Notes: generated by a model from the letters alone, not told the origin. 64,000 nucleotides of DNA from Macrostomum hystrix (GCA_950097015.1 CATNEN010000011.1:3162001-3226000), one strand, 5' to 3'; positions 18,716 through 31,500 are shown, numbered from the stretch's first letter. A program made the numbers and translations.

Positions 18716-20365
18716 ATGGCCGATCTCGTCGACCTGGACGTTGACTCGCTTTTTGGCGACTACTCAACTGCCCCGGCTACAAATAGTCGTCATCGTCGTG
18801 CTAACAACAGTGGCGACGGCGACGATTTGCTGCTGATTGAGGAGGCCGGAGACGACGATGAAGACGAAGATGCTGGAGCCGCTGCGGCTAATTCAACGCG
18901 GCTTGCTGGCGCCAACGCTGACGACGCCGAAGATGTCGAAATGCTGGAGCGCCTTAACAAGCTGGCCAAGGAGGGCGCGGCCAAGCGGAAGGGCGCAAAG
19001 CAGCCGCAGATCAAACTGGACGCCAATCGGTTGCTAACCGACCGAGGCCTGCCCAGCCTGCTGGACACAATGCAGCGAGCTCCGGTCACGGGTCTGGCCG
19101 GCCGCGAGCTAGACGACCTGAGCTCGATTCTTCGCGCCTACGAGCTGTGGCTCCACCGGCTGCATCCGCGCTTCGCCTTCGAAGACGCAGCCGAAAGGTT
19201 GGAGCGTCTCGGCCGGCAGATGCCGATGCGCAATGCCCTGAAGCGCATGCGAGCCGGCCTGACACCGCTCGGCGTCACCGGACTCTGCGGCGGTGAGGCC
19301 GACGACGAAGAAGAAGAACAAGGCGAGGCCGACTCTCGGCCAGCTAAGAGGGCTGCTACGGACCGTCGCGAATCGTCCAATGAAGAGGATAATAGCGAAG
19401 ACGACGAAAATAATCGAGATAATGACGGCGAGGGTTCTTCTAGCGAGAATGAAGCGGCTGATGCGCCAAATAAAAGCGCTCGCGCCGATAGCGACAGTGG
19501 CGAATCGTTTGACCTGCAGCAGCAGGACAAGAAACTCGATGTCGACGACGAGCCTGTAGGCGACGGTGAGGTCGAAAATAACAAATCAAAGTCGACTTTT
19601 CCTGAAAAGAAGCATCGAAGACCTGCAAAGTTGGTCGATGTTGATGAAGATGTCGACGCGATTAACGGCGAGAGACAAGTGAAGAATCTGAAGTCTAGTC
19701 AGAAGCGTAGACCAGTTCAAATTGAAGATGACTCGGACGGCGAGGGCGAGAGTGAGCCGGCAGAGCCTCGCCGAAAAGCTGCTCAACTTGTCGACTCGGA
19801 TGGCGAGGGCGAGAGTGAGCCGGCAGAGCCTCGCCGAAAAGCTGCTCAACTTGTCGACTCGGATGGCGAGGGCGAGAGTGAGCCGGCAGAGCCTCGCCGA
19901 AAAGCTGCTCAACTTGTCGACTCGGACGGTGAGGGCGAGAGTGAGCCGGCAGAGCCTCGCCGAAAAGCTGCTCAACTTGTCGACTCGGATGGCGAGGGCG
20001 AGAGTGAGCCGGCAGAGCCTCGCCGAAAAGCTGCTCAACTTGTCGACTCGGACGGCGAGGGCGAGAGTGAGCCGGCAGAGCCTCGCCGAAAAGCTGCTCA
20101 ACTTGTCGACTCGGACGGCGAGGGCGAGAGTGAGCCGGCAGAGCCTCGCCGAAAAGCTGCTCAACTTGTCGACTCGGATGGCGAGGGTGAAACAGAAATC
20201 TCAAACTTAGCCTCCAGTCAAAATAAAATTCGACGTCGACCTGTTCAGCTTGCCGACTCGGAAGATGAGGGCGATGATGAAACTGATGAAGGTGCAGAGG
20301 GCCGCGGTGGAGCTGGTGGTCGAGTTGGACAGCGCCCAGCGGTTATTGACTCTGACGAAGACTGA
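18716..20365 (+). CDS. TIPIN: TIMELESS-interacting protein (Swi3/Csm3 domain) with extended acidic repeat tail, 549 aa
   Basis: KLDANRLLTDRGLPSL...LRAYELWLHRLHPRFAFEDAAERLERLG...LKRMR matches the Swi3 domain pattern as I recall it; single-exon CDS. Confidence 0.85.
   Translation: MADLVDLDVDSLFGDYSTAPATNSRHRRANNSGDGDDLLLIEEAGDDDEDEDAGAAAANSTRLAGANADDAEDVEMLERLNKLAKEGAAKRKGAKQPQIKLDANRLLTDRGLPSLLDTMQRAPVTGLAGRELDDLSSILRAYELWLHRLHPRFAFEDAAERLERLGRQMPMRNALKRMRAGLTPLGVTGLCGGEADDEEEEQGEADSRPAKRAATDRRESSNEEDNSEDDENNRDNDGEGSSSENEAADAPNKSARADSDSGESFDLQQQDKKLDVDDEPVGDGEVENNKSKSTFPEKKHRRPAKLVDVDEDVDAINGERQVKNLKSSQKRRPVQIEDDSDGEGESEPAEPRRKAAQLVDSDGEGESEPAEPRRKAAQLVDSDGEGESEPAEPRRKAAQLVDSDGEGESEPAEPRRKAAQLVDSDGEGESEPAEPRRKAAQLVDSDGEGESEPAEPRRKAAQLVDSDGEGESEPAEPRRKAAQLVDSDGEGETEISNLASSQNKIRRRPVQLADSEDEGDDETDEGAEGRGGAGGRVGQRPAVIDSDED
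19730..20190 (+). repeat. 63-bp coding tandem repeat, 7 full copies plus a partial (DSDGEGESEPAEPRRKAAQLV)
   Basis: In frame within TIPIN; units start at 19730, 19793 ... 20171. Confidence 0.95.
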
Positions 20366-21799
20366 TCGGCACCTTGCATTTCTTATCTACAGTGCAAATA
20401 AAAGCAGCAAAGTAATTTTGTGCTTATCATTCGATATTTGATTAAATTTATTAAACTTTTTTTCATTCGTAAGCTCATTTTCGATTCGTAAACAGCAAGC
20501 ATTTTCAAAATTATGTCTCATGTAATTAAGTGCTTGAAAATTCAACAATATATAATATATACTTATGCAAGCTTTGTGTTGAACAGCATTTACCCGTGTT
20601 TACTCTCAGGCACGAATTTTACTCTTTTTCAGGTCATCGCGATGGTCCACGCCTGGTTGAGTTGGAACTAAAACAAAATCTTTAAGATTACTGCCTGATA
20701 TTGTGTTGAGATTGAGATGTGAGGCTGGAGCAGCCTATTGTTCACTATGTTTTTTTCTCAGGAAAGCTGCAGATATTGAAGTGGTCAACCCGCCGAGCAA
20801 GCATAGGTAGCCAATTATCGGCTGCCTAACACGGAAGTGAAGACAAGCGTGTGACCAGCTTCCTAAATAGCGCCTCTGTTATTTCAAGGTTCATTTGCTT
20901 GCTGAAAGCAACCAGTTTTCTGATTGAGCATTCAATTAATGACAATACTTTAAGGATTGTTGGGCGATCATCATCGCGGTGATAGACATTCTGGTGGTCA
21001 CATAAAAATAAAAACACGAAAGGTAAACATTTTGTGGAAAAATCAATAATGAAGTTCCCGGTAGATTTATAAGCTTGATGCTTGTGAACCGTAAGTCCCG
21101 GTTGTATTTGAAAAAAACAAAAAATAAAACGGTTGAAGTCAGTGGCAGAAATAACAATTAATATTACGCTATTATTAAACGATTTCCTATTCTCAATGGT
21201 ACTCACGATGGTAAAAAAGCAAGATTGCTTGAAATTTCGCGATGAGAACCTATCGAATACTCACTGATTCTCTGTTCTGAACGCCGGGGTGCAAAAGTCA
21301 GAAGTGCAGCGCAATGTACTGATACAGCAATTAATAATTAATATAAGTTTATGATAATTGTGCAAACACTAGGCCTTAACTCAGAAAATTGGCATTTCAG
21401 TGCAAAAATAAGCATTTCTGGTTATAGACACAAATTGTAAATCTACGAGTCACGCTGTATGTAAAACATACATTTTAGAGGCAATATTAAATGTAACATT
21501 TAAATTATATAGTCTATAGGCCGGAGTAAGAAAGTGATTGTATCTGATTAAACTGGTAGGTGAGCGACCATTTGAGTATAATAAAATTCAAGGTAGTGCA
21601 GTGATTGTTTTAACTGAGTTTATGAAAATTAGCAAAAAATACAATGAATTGATTCAGCATTTTTAATTTGCAAAAAATCGCGTTAGCAGATAATCTACGA
21701 ACCCTTCAACTGTCTAAGCTGCTGACAAAGCATATCGCTTGGAAACCATAAAGCAACTCGTAGGGACTGACGTGAGATTTCATGCTCGTATGTCCTTAC

Positions 21800-24700
21800 T
21801 CAGGCCTTCGGAGTCTTTCTCCCCCTGACCCCTGTCTGCACTCGCTTGGCCTTGTCTTCCCAGTCCAAGTCCGCGTCCTCCTCAGGCGATACCTTCAAAA
21901 TCTTCTTCTGCTGCTTGATGCTGGCTGGCTGGGCGTCCGTATCGTCTGAGAGCTGCCCCACCGCTGCCACCACATTCTGTGTCTGAATGTTTAATTTTTT
22001 TATTTTTACACGTAGTAGAAAAGAAAAAGCTGAGCGGTAGCACACAGCTCGACTCTTAAATATATATTCCAGGGCTCGAATCCGCAGCGAGGCCAAATTA
22101 TATTACGCTTCACGCCCAAGCAATTTACGCTTATGAAAGCGAACCCCAAAGCCTTTACTAACTCAAAAAGAATCCTGTACGCTTCCTGTAGAAGTAAAGG
22201 GGCTTGAAACGTATGCGTGAAATAAACTAAAAATAATACTACGAATAATTGTAGTGGGGCTGTGGGCAATGGCACATCATTTGGTGTCACTTGACCCGCA
22301 GCAAGCGAGGAGGCAATTCTGCCCCATTTCGTTGACTCCTGAGCACACACGCACACAGATACCGTAAGCAGGCACACACTCACATTGGTATGTAATCTGC
22401 CCCTGACTTTCTAACTGTCAGACAGTGTACACTCTCACTGTGCCTTGGAGTTTGGCCCACAAGGGCGTAAATTGCACGTCAAGCCCCCAAGCCTTCTCTC
22501 CGCGGCCATGCGCCTCAAATAAATGTGGCCTCGCCGAGGAATCGAGCTCAGTGACATCGGTGCGAGAGGCAAACGCATTAACCGCTCTGCCACTCACTCC
22601 CTGTGTAACGTATGCGTGTACCTGTCGCTAAAGGATGCATAGTGCATTACTTACCGTTGATTTTTCGAACCAATCAGACCCAGACTCACCCAGTCGAAAA
22701 AGGCGGCTGCTGCTGCACTTTTCAAAGCAACCTCGCGCACATCCAGGTTGGCCACAATTTCCCTGCATCGAGCCGCAATCGCCGGGTGTACTGATGCCGG
22801 ATCTAGCTTGTTGAAGTCGGCCACGCGGAGTGTCTTCACAATAGGCTGGCAGCGCTTCCACTTCTAAAAAACAAACCAACTTTCTTGTGGTTGCTTTTCG
22901 CAGTTTTCAGAGGACTAGAGAATCTCAATTGATAATGTACTGTCAATTTAGGATCTGTGGAATATTATTTACTACACTCTTCTAATGGTGTATTCATATT
23001 CTCAATCCGATTAACCAATCCATAGATATAAGCGAAAATGGCCACAAAGCTCACTCGAGTCCTCTTCTCATAGAAGCCCATGAGCAGCAGGACGGCCATG
23101 ACAGTGGCGTGAATATTCTGGTCCGGATTCGAGTAGCAGGACAGTTCCAGTTTCGACTTCTCGTCCAAATTGAGCGGCTTGATGCTAATCTTGTCGATGC
23201 GGTCGAAACGCCGATAGACATCGAGCGCTCGACGCATGTCGGCGCTGAGTTCCGCCAGGATCTCCTCCGAGAAGAATTCGTCGTCGATTTCACGCAAAAC
23301 TTCGGCGATGCGCTCTTTGTTACGCTTGGAAAGGGCATGCTCAATGCTGCTATTTAGCTCTGAAATAAGAGCAGTATGACGCTGAGACATTTTATATGCA
23401 AGTCCGTTTCAGAGCATATCATTCTCCTTGGATGGACCTTAAGGGTGTGACTAGGGTTGACTTAGAGGTAACGAGTCCTGACTGTCGCACTAAAGTTCCT
23501 GAGCTCGAATCCGCGGCAAGAGCTCCTTTCCTTTTTGGCTTGGGAGCTTAAAGGAAAGGGTCATTAGCGCAAAACCCCAAGTTACTGTGAGAATGCAGTG
23601 TAAATTGCATTGACAATGAGAAAGTCAGTGCACATGCAAGCAGACTATCTTAAAGTTTTTGTGACCCCTGAGCACATTCTTACACACAAGGTTTGTTTTA
23701 CTGACTCACTGTCTTTAAGCTGCAGCATTCTTAAAAATCTCTTCGCAAAGGTGAATAGCTCATCCTCCTGAGACTGGCCGTTGTCCACCCACTCGTCCAT
23801 TGCAGCCTTGATCGGCTTCGGACGTCTGAGGCGCAGCGCTTCGCAAAGTTGAATGCGGCAGTGCTTTTTAATGGCACCTGCGATCATAGGGGGTAAAACA
23901 ACAGGGGTACTCGCAATTGTGTGGAATATACAGAGATATAATTTTTACAGCTAATTTTTACGTTTTTCTCTAGCCTCGGCGCGTAGTCTCAGTTTCTCAT
24001 CGACCTTAGACGCGGTGGTGGTCGCGGCGCCACTGCTACGTCCCCTACCAGATGTCGACGCTGCTCGCGAAGATGATGACGATGAACGCGAGCGACCACT
24101 TCGAGAGCCGGAGCGGGAGCCGGACCTAGACCGGGCTCGGGATCTGGACCTGGATCTCGACCTAGATCGAGATCTGCGTCTCGATCGAGATACTGATCGC
24201 GATGTAGACCTGGATCTAGAGCGATATCGTGACTTCGAGCGGGACCTTGATTGGGATCTCGAACGCGAAGGCGATCTTCTGGAATGCGATCTAGATCGAG
24301 ATGGAGACTTTGAGCGCGAACTGGCTGGTGAATGAGACCGAGAATGCGATGGGCTACGCGCTGCTTCCCTGTCCGAATTTGGTGACTTCGGCGACTTCGG
24401 TGTTTTTACTGATCCCTGCGGCGACGCAGTCGACGATTTATCCCTCGTGACATTTTCAGTGGATGTTTGAGCACTTTTTTCTTTCTCTTTCTCGGCTGCC
24501 ACAACAGTATACTTAAGTAGGCAGGACTCGCTGCCGTCTGCGCACTGACACACGACTGCGTAAGCATCGCCCTCCAAGTCCGTTGGCAGCGGCCCAGTGA
24601 AGCAACCGTCTTGTCCTGGCTGCAGAGTCAAGAAGGGCTCACTGCTAGCGGCGCCAGTTGCCTGAGTCCTTCTTAACGACACTGCACGAACTGCGGAGAC

Positions 24701-27700
24701 ATCCATGGCCTTCAAAGTCAAGTTCGATTTGGAACCCGGTCGCAGCAGACCGCGTTGTCCCTCCATCAGACGGAACGCGGGCCCCCAGGATTCGCACGCA
24801 GTTGGGAATGGCACGGTTTCTGATGGGTCAATGTTTCCGCTGCTGCGGATTAGGTAGGTGAACAGATGCTGCTTCCCCGAAGAGGCCGGCCCTGAGCCAT
24901 AAACGCGGAGCACGTGGCTGCCGTTGTCAAGGAAACGCACCCGGAATTCTGTTCCGTTACCGTCTGGACTAGCGTGGGCCAGAGCAAAATCTGGGACAGC
25001 CTGCAGGCGGCCCTTTGAGTAGTGCAGCAGCTCGCAGTGCAGTCGCGTTGTTGCGGGGTGCTGCCAGACAAGGCCAACTTCAGTCTGGTCAGTCTTGATG
25101 TAGGGCCGCATGCTGCTGGAGTCGTTGCTGCCGTCCACAACGGGCTTCGCGTTTAAAAGCCCAGGGCCCGGACTAGAGGACGATTCGGCCTCTCTGACTC
25201 CAAGAGGACCGCCAAGAAGTTGGGCTGGCGGCAAAGCCGTTGCCCCCGCTGTTGTGCTGGTGGGCACAACGTCGGCTTCAATCAGGAAGTCTCCCACCAG
25301 CTGATAGGCATCGTCCGACATATCACCTCGCCGCTTAGCCATGATTGACAGGCCAAACTTTCCCGTCTCAGGTGCTACAACGTGGACCATGTCGATCTCG
25401 CCCTCGCGCCAGACCAGCGGTTCATTGTCGGCCAACGGGTTCGGGTCCTCTCGATTGCGCAACTCGCACCGATAATCCAGCGGACTGTTGGCCCTCAGCT
25501 GCAGCGTCTCTTCGCCATCCCTAAGCCGGATCTCAGCACCCTGGTGGCTCAAGGCCGTCACGCCGATCTTTTCGGCCCTGGCACCGAGGCCCCACTCGTC
25601 TGCTCGAGTCTCCGGTAGAGGCGCCACGTCTTCGCTGATGCGGTCGCAGTGCAGCACGTAGTGAACCAGGTCGACTCTAGGCGAGGCTGGCTCCAGACCG
25701 CCACTGTTGATGCCCTGCAGCACCAGCAGGTACTTGCCTGTCTTGGGTGGATAAATTGCTACTTCTAGCTGCCGGCCATGACGCTTTAGCGCAGCGAATC
25801 TCGTCAGTTTCATCTTGCGACGCTGAAAGTCCACGGTGTCGGAGTTTGCTGACAAACTGCCGGTGTGAATGTACAGCAGGGCGGCGTACTCCTGTAGTTT
25901 CGGGCCTGTCTCTTCGAACTGCAGTACCAGCTCTCCGGTCTCTGGAACCAGCGCCACAGCCTTCAGATGGCTCACTAAGCGAAGCCCGAAAGACTCCATG
26001 AGATCCGGGAACATGTACGGCAGCTGTTCGAATTGTCGCTGGGTCAGCGGCTCGGGCAGCAGCTGCCATTCGGGCCGCTCCGGGAAGTGCTTGAAGATCA
26101 TCTTCCACGGGTCGGTGAGGAAGTAGGTCTCGTTGCATGTGTACACCATGGTGCCACGGCTGGGTGTGGCTTTCTGAACGCGGCCATCGTCGGCGATCCG
26201 ATTCCACTCGCCGCTGTTCTCGCCAGCAACATGGCAGCAGCCCCAGTGGGCGTCAACCAGGCGCCACTCGCCATCCACGAACACTGCGAACCAGAGGCCG
26301 CGGTCGCGCGCTTCGTCGATTCGCTCGCCGATGCGGTAGGAGGTGCCCTTCTTGTAGCCCCGAATTAGCTCGTACTCGACTCCGGCGAACCTGCCGGATA
26401 TTAAATATAAAAAAGAGCGATTAGCAGACAGATTAATCGGTGTGTATACAATGGCGTCTGGGTGGCTGAGTAGAGCTAGTCCACTGAGGCTTGTGTCGAG
26501 ACCACATTATTCAGCTCTCCCCCCTAATCGGCTGACGAAACTATGTGGCGCCGTATAATACGAGTAGTGGCGCCTCATAGTACGAGTAGTGGCGCACCCC
26601 TGGTCGTGGCGCTCCCCTGGAAGTGGCGCCCCCCTGGAAGTGGCGCCCCCCTGGAAGTGGCGCCCCCCTGGAAGTGGCGCCCCCCTGGTCGTGGCGCCCC
26701 CTGGTCGTGGCGCTCCCCGGTAGTGGCGCCCCCCTGGTCGTGGCGCCCCCTGGTCGTGGCGCTCCCCTGGAAGTGGCGCCCCCCTGGAAGTGGCGCCCCC
26801 CTGGAAGTGGCGCCCCCCTGGTCGTGGCGCTTCCCTGGTCGTGGCGCTCCCCTGGTCGTGGCGCCCCGACAGCACTTGAGGACACTAATTTGAGCAAAAT
26901 GTACGGCCCCTATACAAAAATGTGAGCTACGCCACACTATAGGCATAGCTTTTTTAGTGAGGAAACATGCGGGCAAAATGGTAACTTAATTTCCATTATT
27001 TCAACCCTTAACATGTAACACTCACTGTCTTGATATTACAGACACTTACAAGTATTTGTTCAATACCATGACAACGACAGAAAATCTAATCAATTTAATT
27101 CACTAAATCAAATCCAGAGTTGTCCTAAATGACAGAATTCCCATGGGGTTCGTATTTTTGCTTGGATTTTGATCCGATTGCTTTGATAAACTACTTGCTG
27201 ACTATTTTACATGTAGACAGAGGTTTAACATTTTTTTCAGGGAGTAGAAATAAACATGCACAGGAGTATAGGGAGATAATAGAGGAACTGTGAGCAGGAT
27301 GAATGAGACATTGGGGAGTTGGGGATGAGAAAACTGTCAATCTAATCCGCTCGTAAGCGCCCTCTAAACGCCAGAAAATTTCCGACTAGCAAGGCTCTTT
27401 AATTGGCCCCTATAGAAGTTTCAAGCCTTTTAACCCACCTTCAGAGACTCTAACTCCTCATGATCAGAGACTCTCAGTCTAAGATCAGAGTTACTCTCAC
27501 TCTCAGTCTAAGATCAGAGTTACTCTCACTCTCAGTCTAAGGTCAGAGACTCTCAGTCTATGGTCAGAGTTACTCTCACTCTCAGTCTAAGGTCAGAGAC
27601 TCTCAGTCTATGGTCAGAGTTACTCTCACTCTCAGTCAATGGTCAGAGTTACTCTCACTCTCAGTCAATGGTCAGATACTCTCAGTCTAAGGTCAGAGTT

Positions 27701-28585
27701 ACTCTCACTCTCAGTCTAAGGTCAGAGACTCTCAGTCTATGGTCAGAGTTACTCTCACTCTCAGTCTATGGTCAAAGACTCTCAGTCTAAGGTCAGAGAC
27801 TCTCAGTCTATGGTTAGAGTTACTCTCACTCTCAGTCTATGGTTAGTTACTCTCACTCTCAGTCTATGGTCAGAGACTCTCAGTCTATGGTTAGTTACTC
27901 TCACTCTCAGTCTATGGTCAGAGACTCTCAGTCTATGGTCAGAGTTACTCTCAGTTTCAGTCTATGGTCAGAGTTACTCTCAGTTTCAGTCTATGGTCAG
28001 AGACTCTCAGTCTATGGTCAGAGACTCTCAGTCTATGGTCAGAAACTCTCAGTCTATGGTAAGAAACTCTCAGTCTATGGTCAGAAACTCTCAGTCTAGG
28101 GTCAGAAACTCTCAGTCTATGGTCAGAGTCTCAATCGTCTTAACTCACGCAATGAGCCGCTGAAACAGCGCCGAGAAGAGCTTCTCCTGCCGGCAACGAA
28201 CAAGAATGTCCAGCGGAGAGTCCCGTTTTCTCTTCTCCGCCCCCTCTACAACTTTGGCGGGGTCGGCTCGTCCGACCCATTCAAAGGCGGCCCGAACCTT
28301 CTCGAGCTCGCTGCGGCACTGGCATTCGTGCATTAGCCTGTCTGTGAATGTCTGCCAGTCGTCCTCCAGCGTTGGCATCAGGGTCGAGACGGCATCGGTG
28401 ATCGTTGCCAAGCGGCCAGGCTGAAAGATGGCCTCCTTTCGTCGGTTGCTCGCGAACGGCAGCGGCGGCTGCTGCTTCTGCTGGACTTTACCAGGGTCCT
28501 GGCCCTTGTCGAGCTGCAGCTGACGCAGCTGTTCCAATGTGTGGCCGACGGAGGGATCGTTAAAGTCGGAAAGGTCAATCTCCAT
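21800..28585 (-). CDS. Hillarin/kyphoscoliosis-peptidase-like protein (degenerate transglutaminase-like domain, KY-type Ig-like repeats, RS-rich region, dynein-stalk/MTBD-like C-terminal domain), about 1231 aa
   Basis: Exons 28585-28149, 26390-23962, 23877-23710, 23359-23055, 22863-22690, 21982-21800 (3696 nt, all phases match, GT-AG). Motifs ELEKVRAAFEWV, LFQRL..FAGVEYELIRGYKKG, WFAVFVDGEWRLVDAHW, ETYFLTDPWKMIFKHFP..PEWQLL, and C-terminal LELSCYSNPDQNIHATVMAVLLLMG..W..SAAAAAFFDW. Confidence 0.8.
26580..26870. repeat. About 17-bp GC-rich minisatellite (CCCCCCTGGAAGTGGCG / CCCCCCTGGTCGTGGCG) in intron 1 of the KY-like gene
   Basis: Directly visible; G4-G6 runs on the minus strand. Confidence 0.92.
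27440..28130. repeat. 21/29-bp minisatellite (ACTCTCAGTCTATGGTCAGAG, variant with added TTACTCTC) in intron 1 of the KY-like gene, abutting the splice donor
   Basis: Directly visible tandem array. Confidence 0.92.
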
Positions 28586-30320
28586 TTAGCAGATTAGAAA
28601 CAGGTACTGGCTTGGACTACAAATTATGCTAGTTGGTCTGCTACAGCATGGCAACGCTCGATTGCAAAAGTAATTGAGCAGTCGAAGCAATTTTCTACTA
28701 CCGGGCCACGCGAGCCGAGCTCGCTTTTATACACAAGCCGAACAGATCTGCAGCCGCTGCGACTCACAGACTAAGCTCAATAACTCCTGCCTCTACAATC
28801 GTCAGCCACTCATTCATTGGTTGCCATGGTAACCCTAACTAGCGAGAGGCACGCGTGAGCATGGGGAGTAGCGCCCATGCACACGGAAAATGGGAGATTT
28901 TTAGCCCGGGAATTCGCGCATTGGAGGCTGGGATTGGGTCAGAGTGAGTAGGAAAGAGAAAGAATAGAGAGATGGTCGGAGATAGGTGAGCTGCAAAGCG
29001 CTCCTTGCGTAGGTGATTGAAACAAAGAAAACCAACCCATGAACCGTCTCCGTGCTCAGTGAGGTAAGAAACTGCAGTGCATAAGAAGACAGAATGGTAT
29101 AGGGTGGGGTTTATTTAAGAGCGAAAGCGAGGAATGCGGGTGTATAGACACGTTGAGGTCTTTAGCATTCAGTCTATCAATTAGCTCGTAAGTGGCATTT
29201 AATCAAACTCAGGACAAAGTAATTCTGGAAACAGCAGAATAACCATGAACTACCGTTGTTAAAATTGTAGGACTTCTGGCCGAGACGTCAGGAGTTCGAA
29301 TCTAAGCCTAAGTGAAACAATACTTAGCAAGGCACTTAACGATCAACCATTGCTTTAGCTCAATCAGTATTAAAATGGGTACTATAGCATGAGCTGGGGT
29401 AGATACCTTGGTATTTATGACTCGTCTTATGCCCAACAGAGCTTAATTGTAATTTCTTTTTTTTACTCTCAGGTCGCAACCAGGTACATTTTTTCACGTT
29501 GATGAATTATCTACCGATTCAGAAAATTAATAAGACCTTTTCAATAGCAGACAATATTTTCATTATGAAATCGGTTGTTTCAATTACATTTAAAAGGGGC
29601 TCAGGCCCCCATCCCCAGAAGGTGCAGTAGCTAAGTTGTGGGTTGTGGTCCGAATTGGCCAAGGTCTCATCGTCTATTTTACTTCCAGCGAATGAATTTT
29701 AGGGTGCTTGATCTGAATAAATGCATGAATACGGCTTACTGTGCAACGTTTGCACTACTAACAGTAACAACGTATATTATTGATGTTAGGTACATAGTCG
29801 ATTCTTAACGCTAATGAGCTTCTGAAAAAACTCCGCTCAGTCTCTGGAACTTTTTAACTTGCGCGCTTCATTCACACTCGTGTATATTAAAATAAGAGTA
29901 AGCAGAAAAAACTACAGCCAAATCATGGATTCCATAACAGCCGAATGTGCACAAATAAACAGGCATGGCTAGAGCTAGATCAGCGTTATCTATTTTTGCC
30001 AGGAGTTTTGAAAAAGCCATTAAGACTTTGGATTAAACCGGGGCTCAGTGCAATAAAATCAACCAATGGACAGGAGTATATAGAAAAGAAGAACCGTTAC
30101 CACTGGATAAATAACAAAACTAAAAGACTTACAGCGTTTACAGCGTTGAGAAAGTATATTATAAACGCAAGTTTGGCGCCGCAACAGCGGGATTATCAAA
30201 CTAGAAAAGTAAAACCTCTTAACAGTAAAACTAAAAAAGTAGGAAAGCGACATAAGACTGGACAAAAAACAACCAAAAATGGCTTCAGTTACTAAAAGTT
30301 ACTTTAACAAGACTAGACAA

Positions 30321-30840
30321 CCCGGTTGAAAAAAATACTGGATTAGCCCATTGAAATTGGCCCGCTCATCAGCCACTTCGTGTCAGAAAAGCCCGCTCAT
30401 TTTTCCAAATCGACGAGTCTCTCAAATCGGCCCGTTCTACGGCCCGCTTCTGGGCCCGCTGGTTGGCCCGCTCACTGGCCCGTTCTAAACCGGCCCGCTG
30501 GCTGACCCGTTGGTTGGCCCGCTGGCTGACCCGTTGGTTGGCCCGCTGGCTGACCCGTTGGTTGGCCCGCTCACTGGCCCACTCATTGGCCCGTTCTAAA
30601 CCGGCCCGCTGGTTGGCCCGTTGGTTGGCCCGCTCATCGGCCCGCTCATTGACCCGTTCTAAACCGGCCCGCTGGTTGGCCCGTTGGTTGGCCCGCTGAT
30701 TGGCCCGTTCTAAACCGGCCCGTTGGTTGGCCCGCTCATTGGCCCGTTCTAAACCGGCCCGCTGGTTGGCCCGTTGGTTGGCCCGCTGATTGGCCCGTTC
30801 TAAACCGGCCCGCTGAGGCCCGCTCAGTTTTTCAACCGGG
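30321..30840. mobile_element. Non-autonomous DNA transposon (CMC/EnSpm-like) with internal GGCCCG 12-bp repeat array
   Basis: Perfect 13-bp TIR CCCGGTTGAAAAA / TTTTTCAACCGGG; 3-bp TSD CAA (30318-30320, 30841-30843). Superfamily inferred from CCC termini and TSD length. Confidence 0.8.
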
Positions 30841-31500
30841 CAAGTGAGCTTTATATTATAAAAATGACTCAAAAAAATTAGTCGGATTTCTGACTACTAG
30901 TACAACAAAACCACGGATCCTCAATATTCCAGTTGTTCAGTTGAAGTTTAAAGAATTGAAACAAATATTGAAGCTGTTGAATACTGTTGGAAGCCGACAT
31001 GCGAAAAAGTGTTTAAGGAATGGGAAAAGCAATGGTGCGAATGCAGTTAACAGATCTGAAGTAGGTATCTTTTCTCCAGGAGATTGGTGGATCCCTCTTT
31101 TCTCAGACATCAAAACAAAATCACAGGCTACATTTTCGATAATTCTAATTTAATAATCATGCGGATATGATTGACATCACTAATGGCGCGGAACAGTGTG
31201 TCTGATTGTATAATAATCAGCATATGATCGGCATGGGGATAAGTATTGCCAAATAAGAACCACAAGCGCTATATTGCCGAGTAAAAAAACTGGGCGCTGC
31301 AAAAACACACTGTAATTAAATGATCTTTAGGAGGATAAAAAAATATGACAATATTGATCATGAAAGTGCATTCATTAGTTAAAAGGGTCTCGCCAAATGA
31401 GTGTCATTTTGTGGTGTCAAACAGTTACAAATATTGCTTACTCTCTAAAAGCAATTGCTTTGTACTGTTTATTATGTCAGAGCCGCAAGTACCACACTGG

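Noticed and set aside
23951-23961. Stop codon ending the 777-aa ORF as the true gene end
   Set aside because: A phase-compatible donor at 23961 joins four further conserved-looking exons; the stop is intronic unless the intron is retained.
24015-26424. Plus-strand ORFs such as the RD-dipeptide ORF 24015-24335
   Set aside because: Antisense shadows of the GC-rich KY-like exon; the same applies to ORFs opposite TIPIN, AKAP17A, CNBD2-like and 1692-2033.
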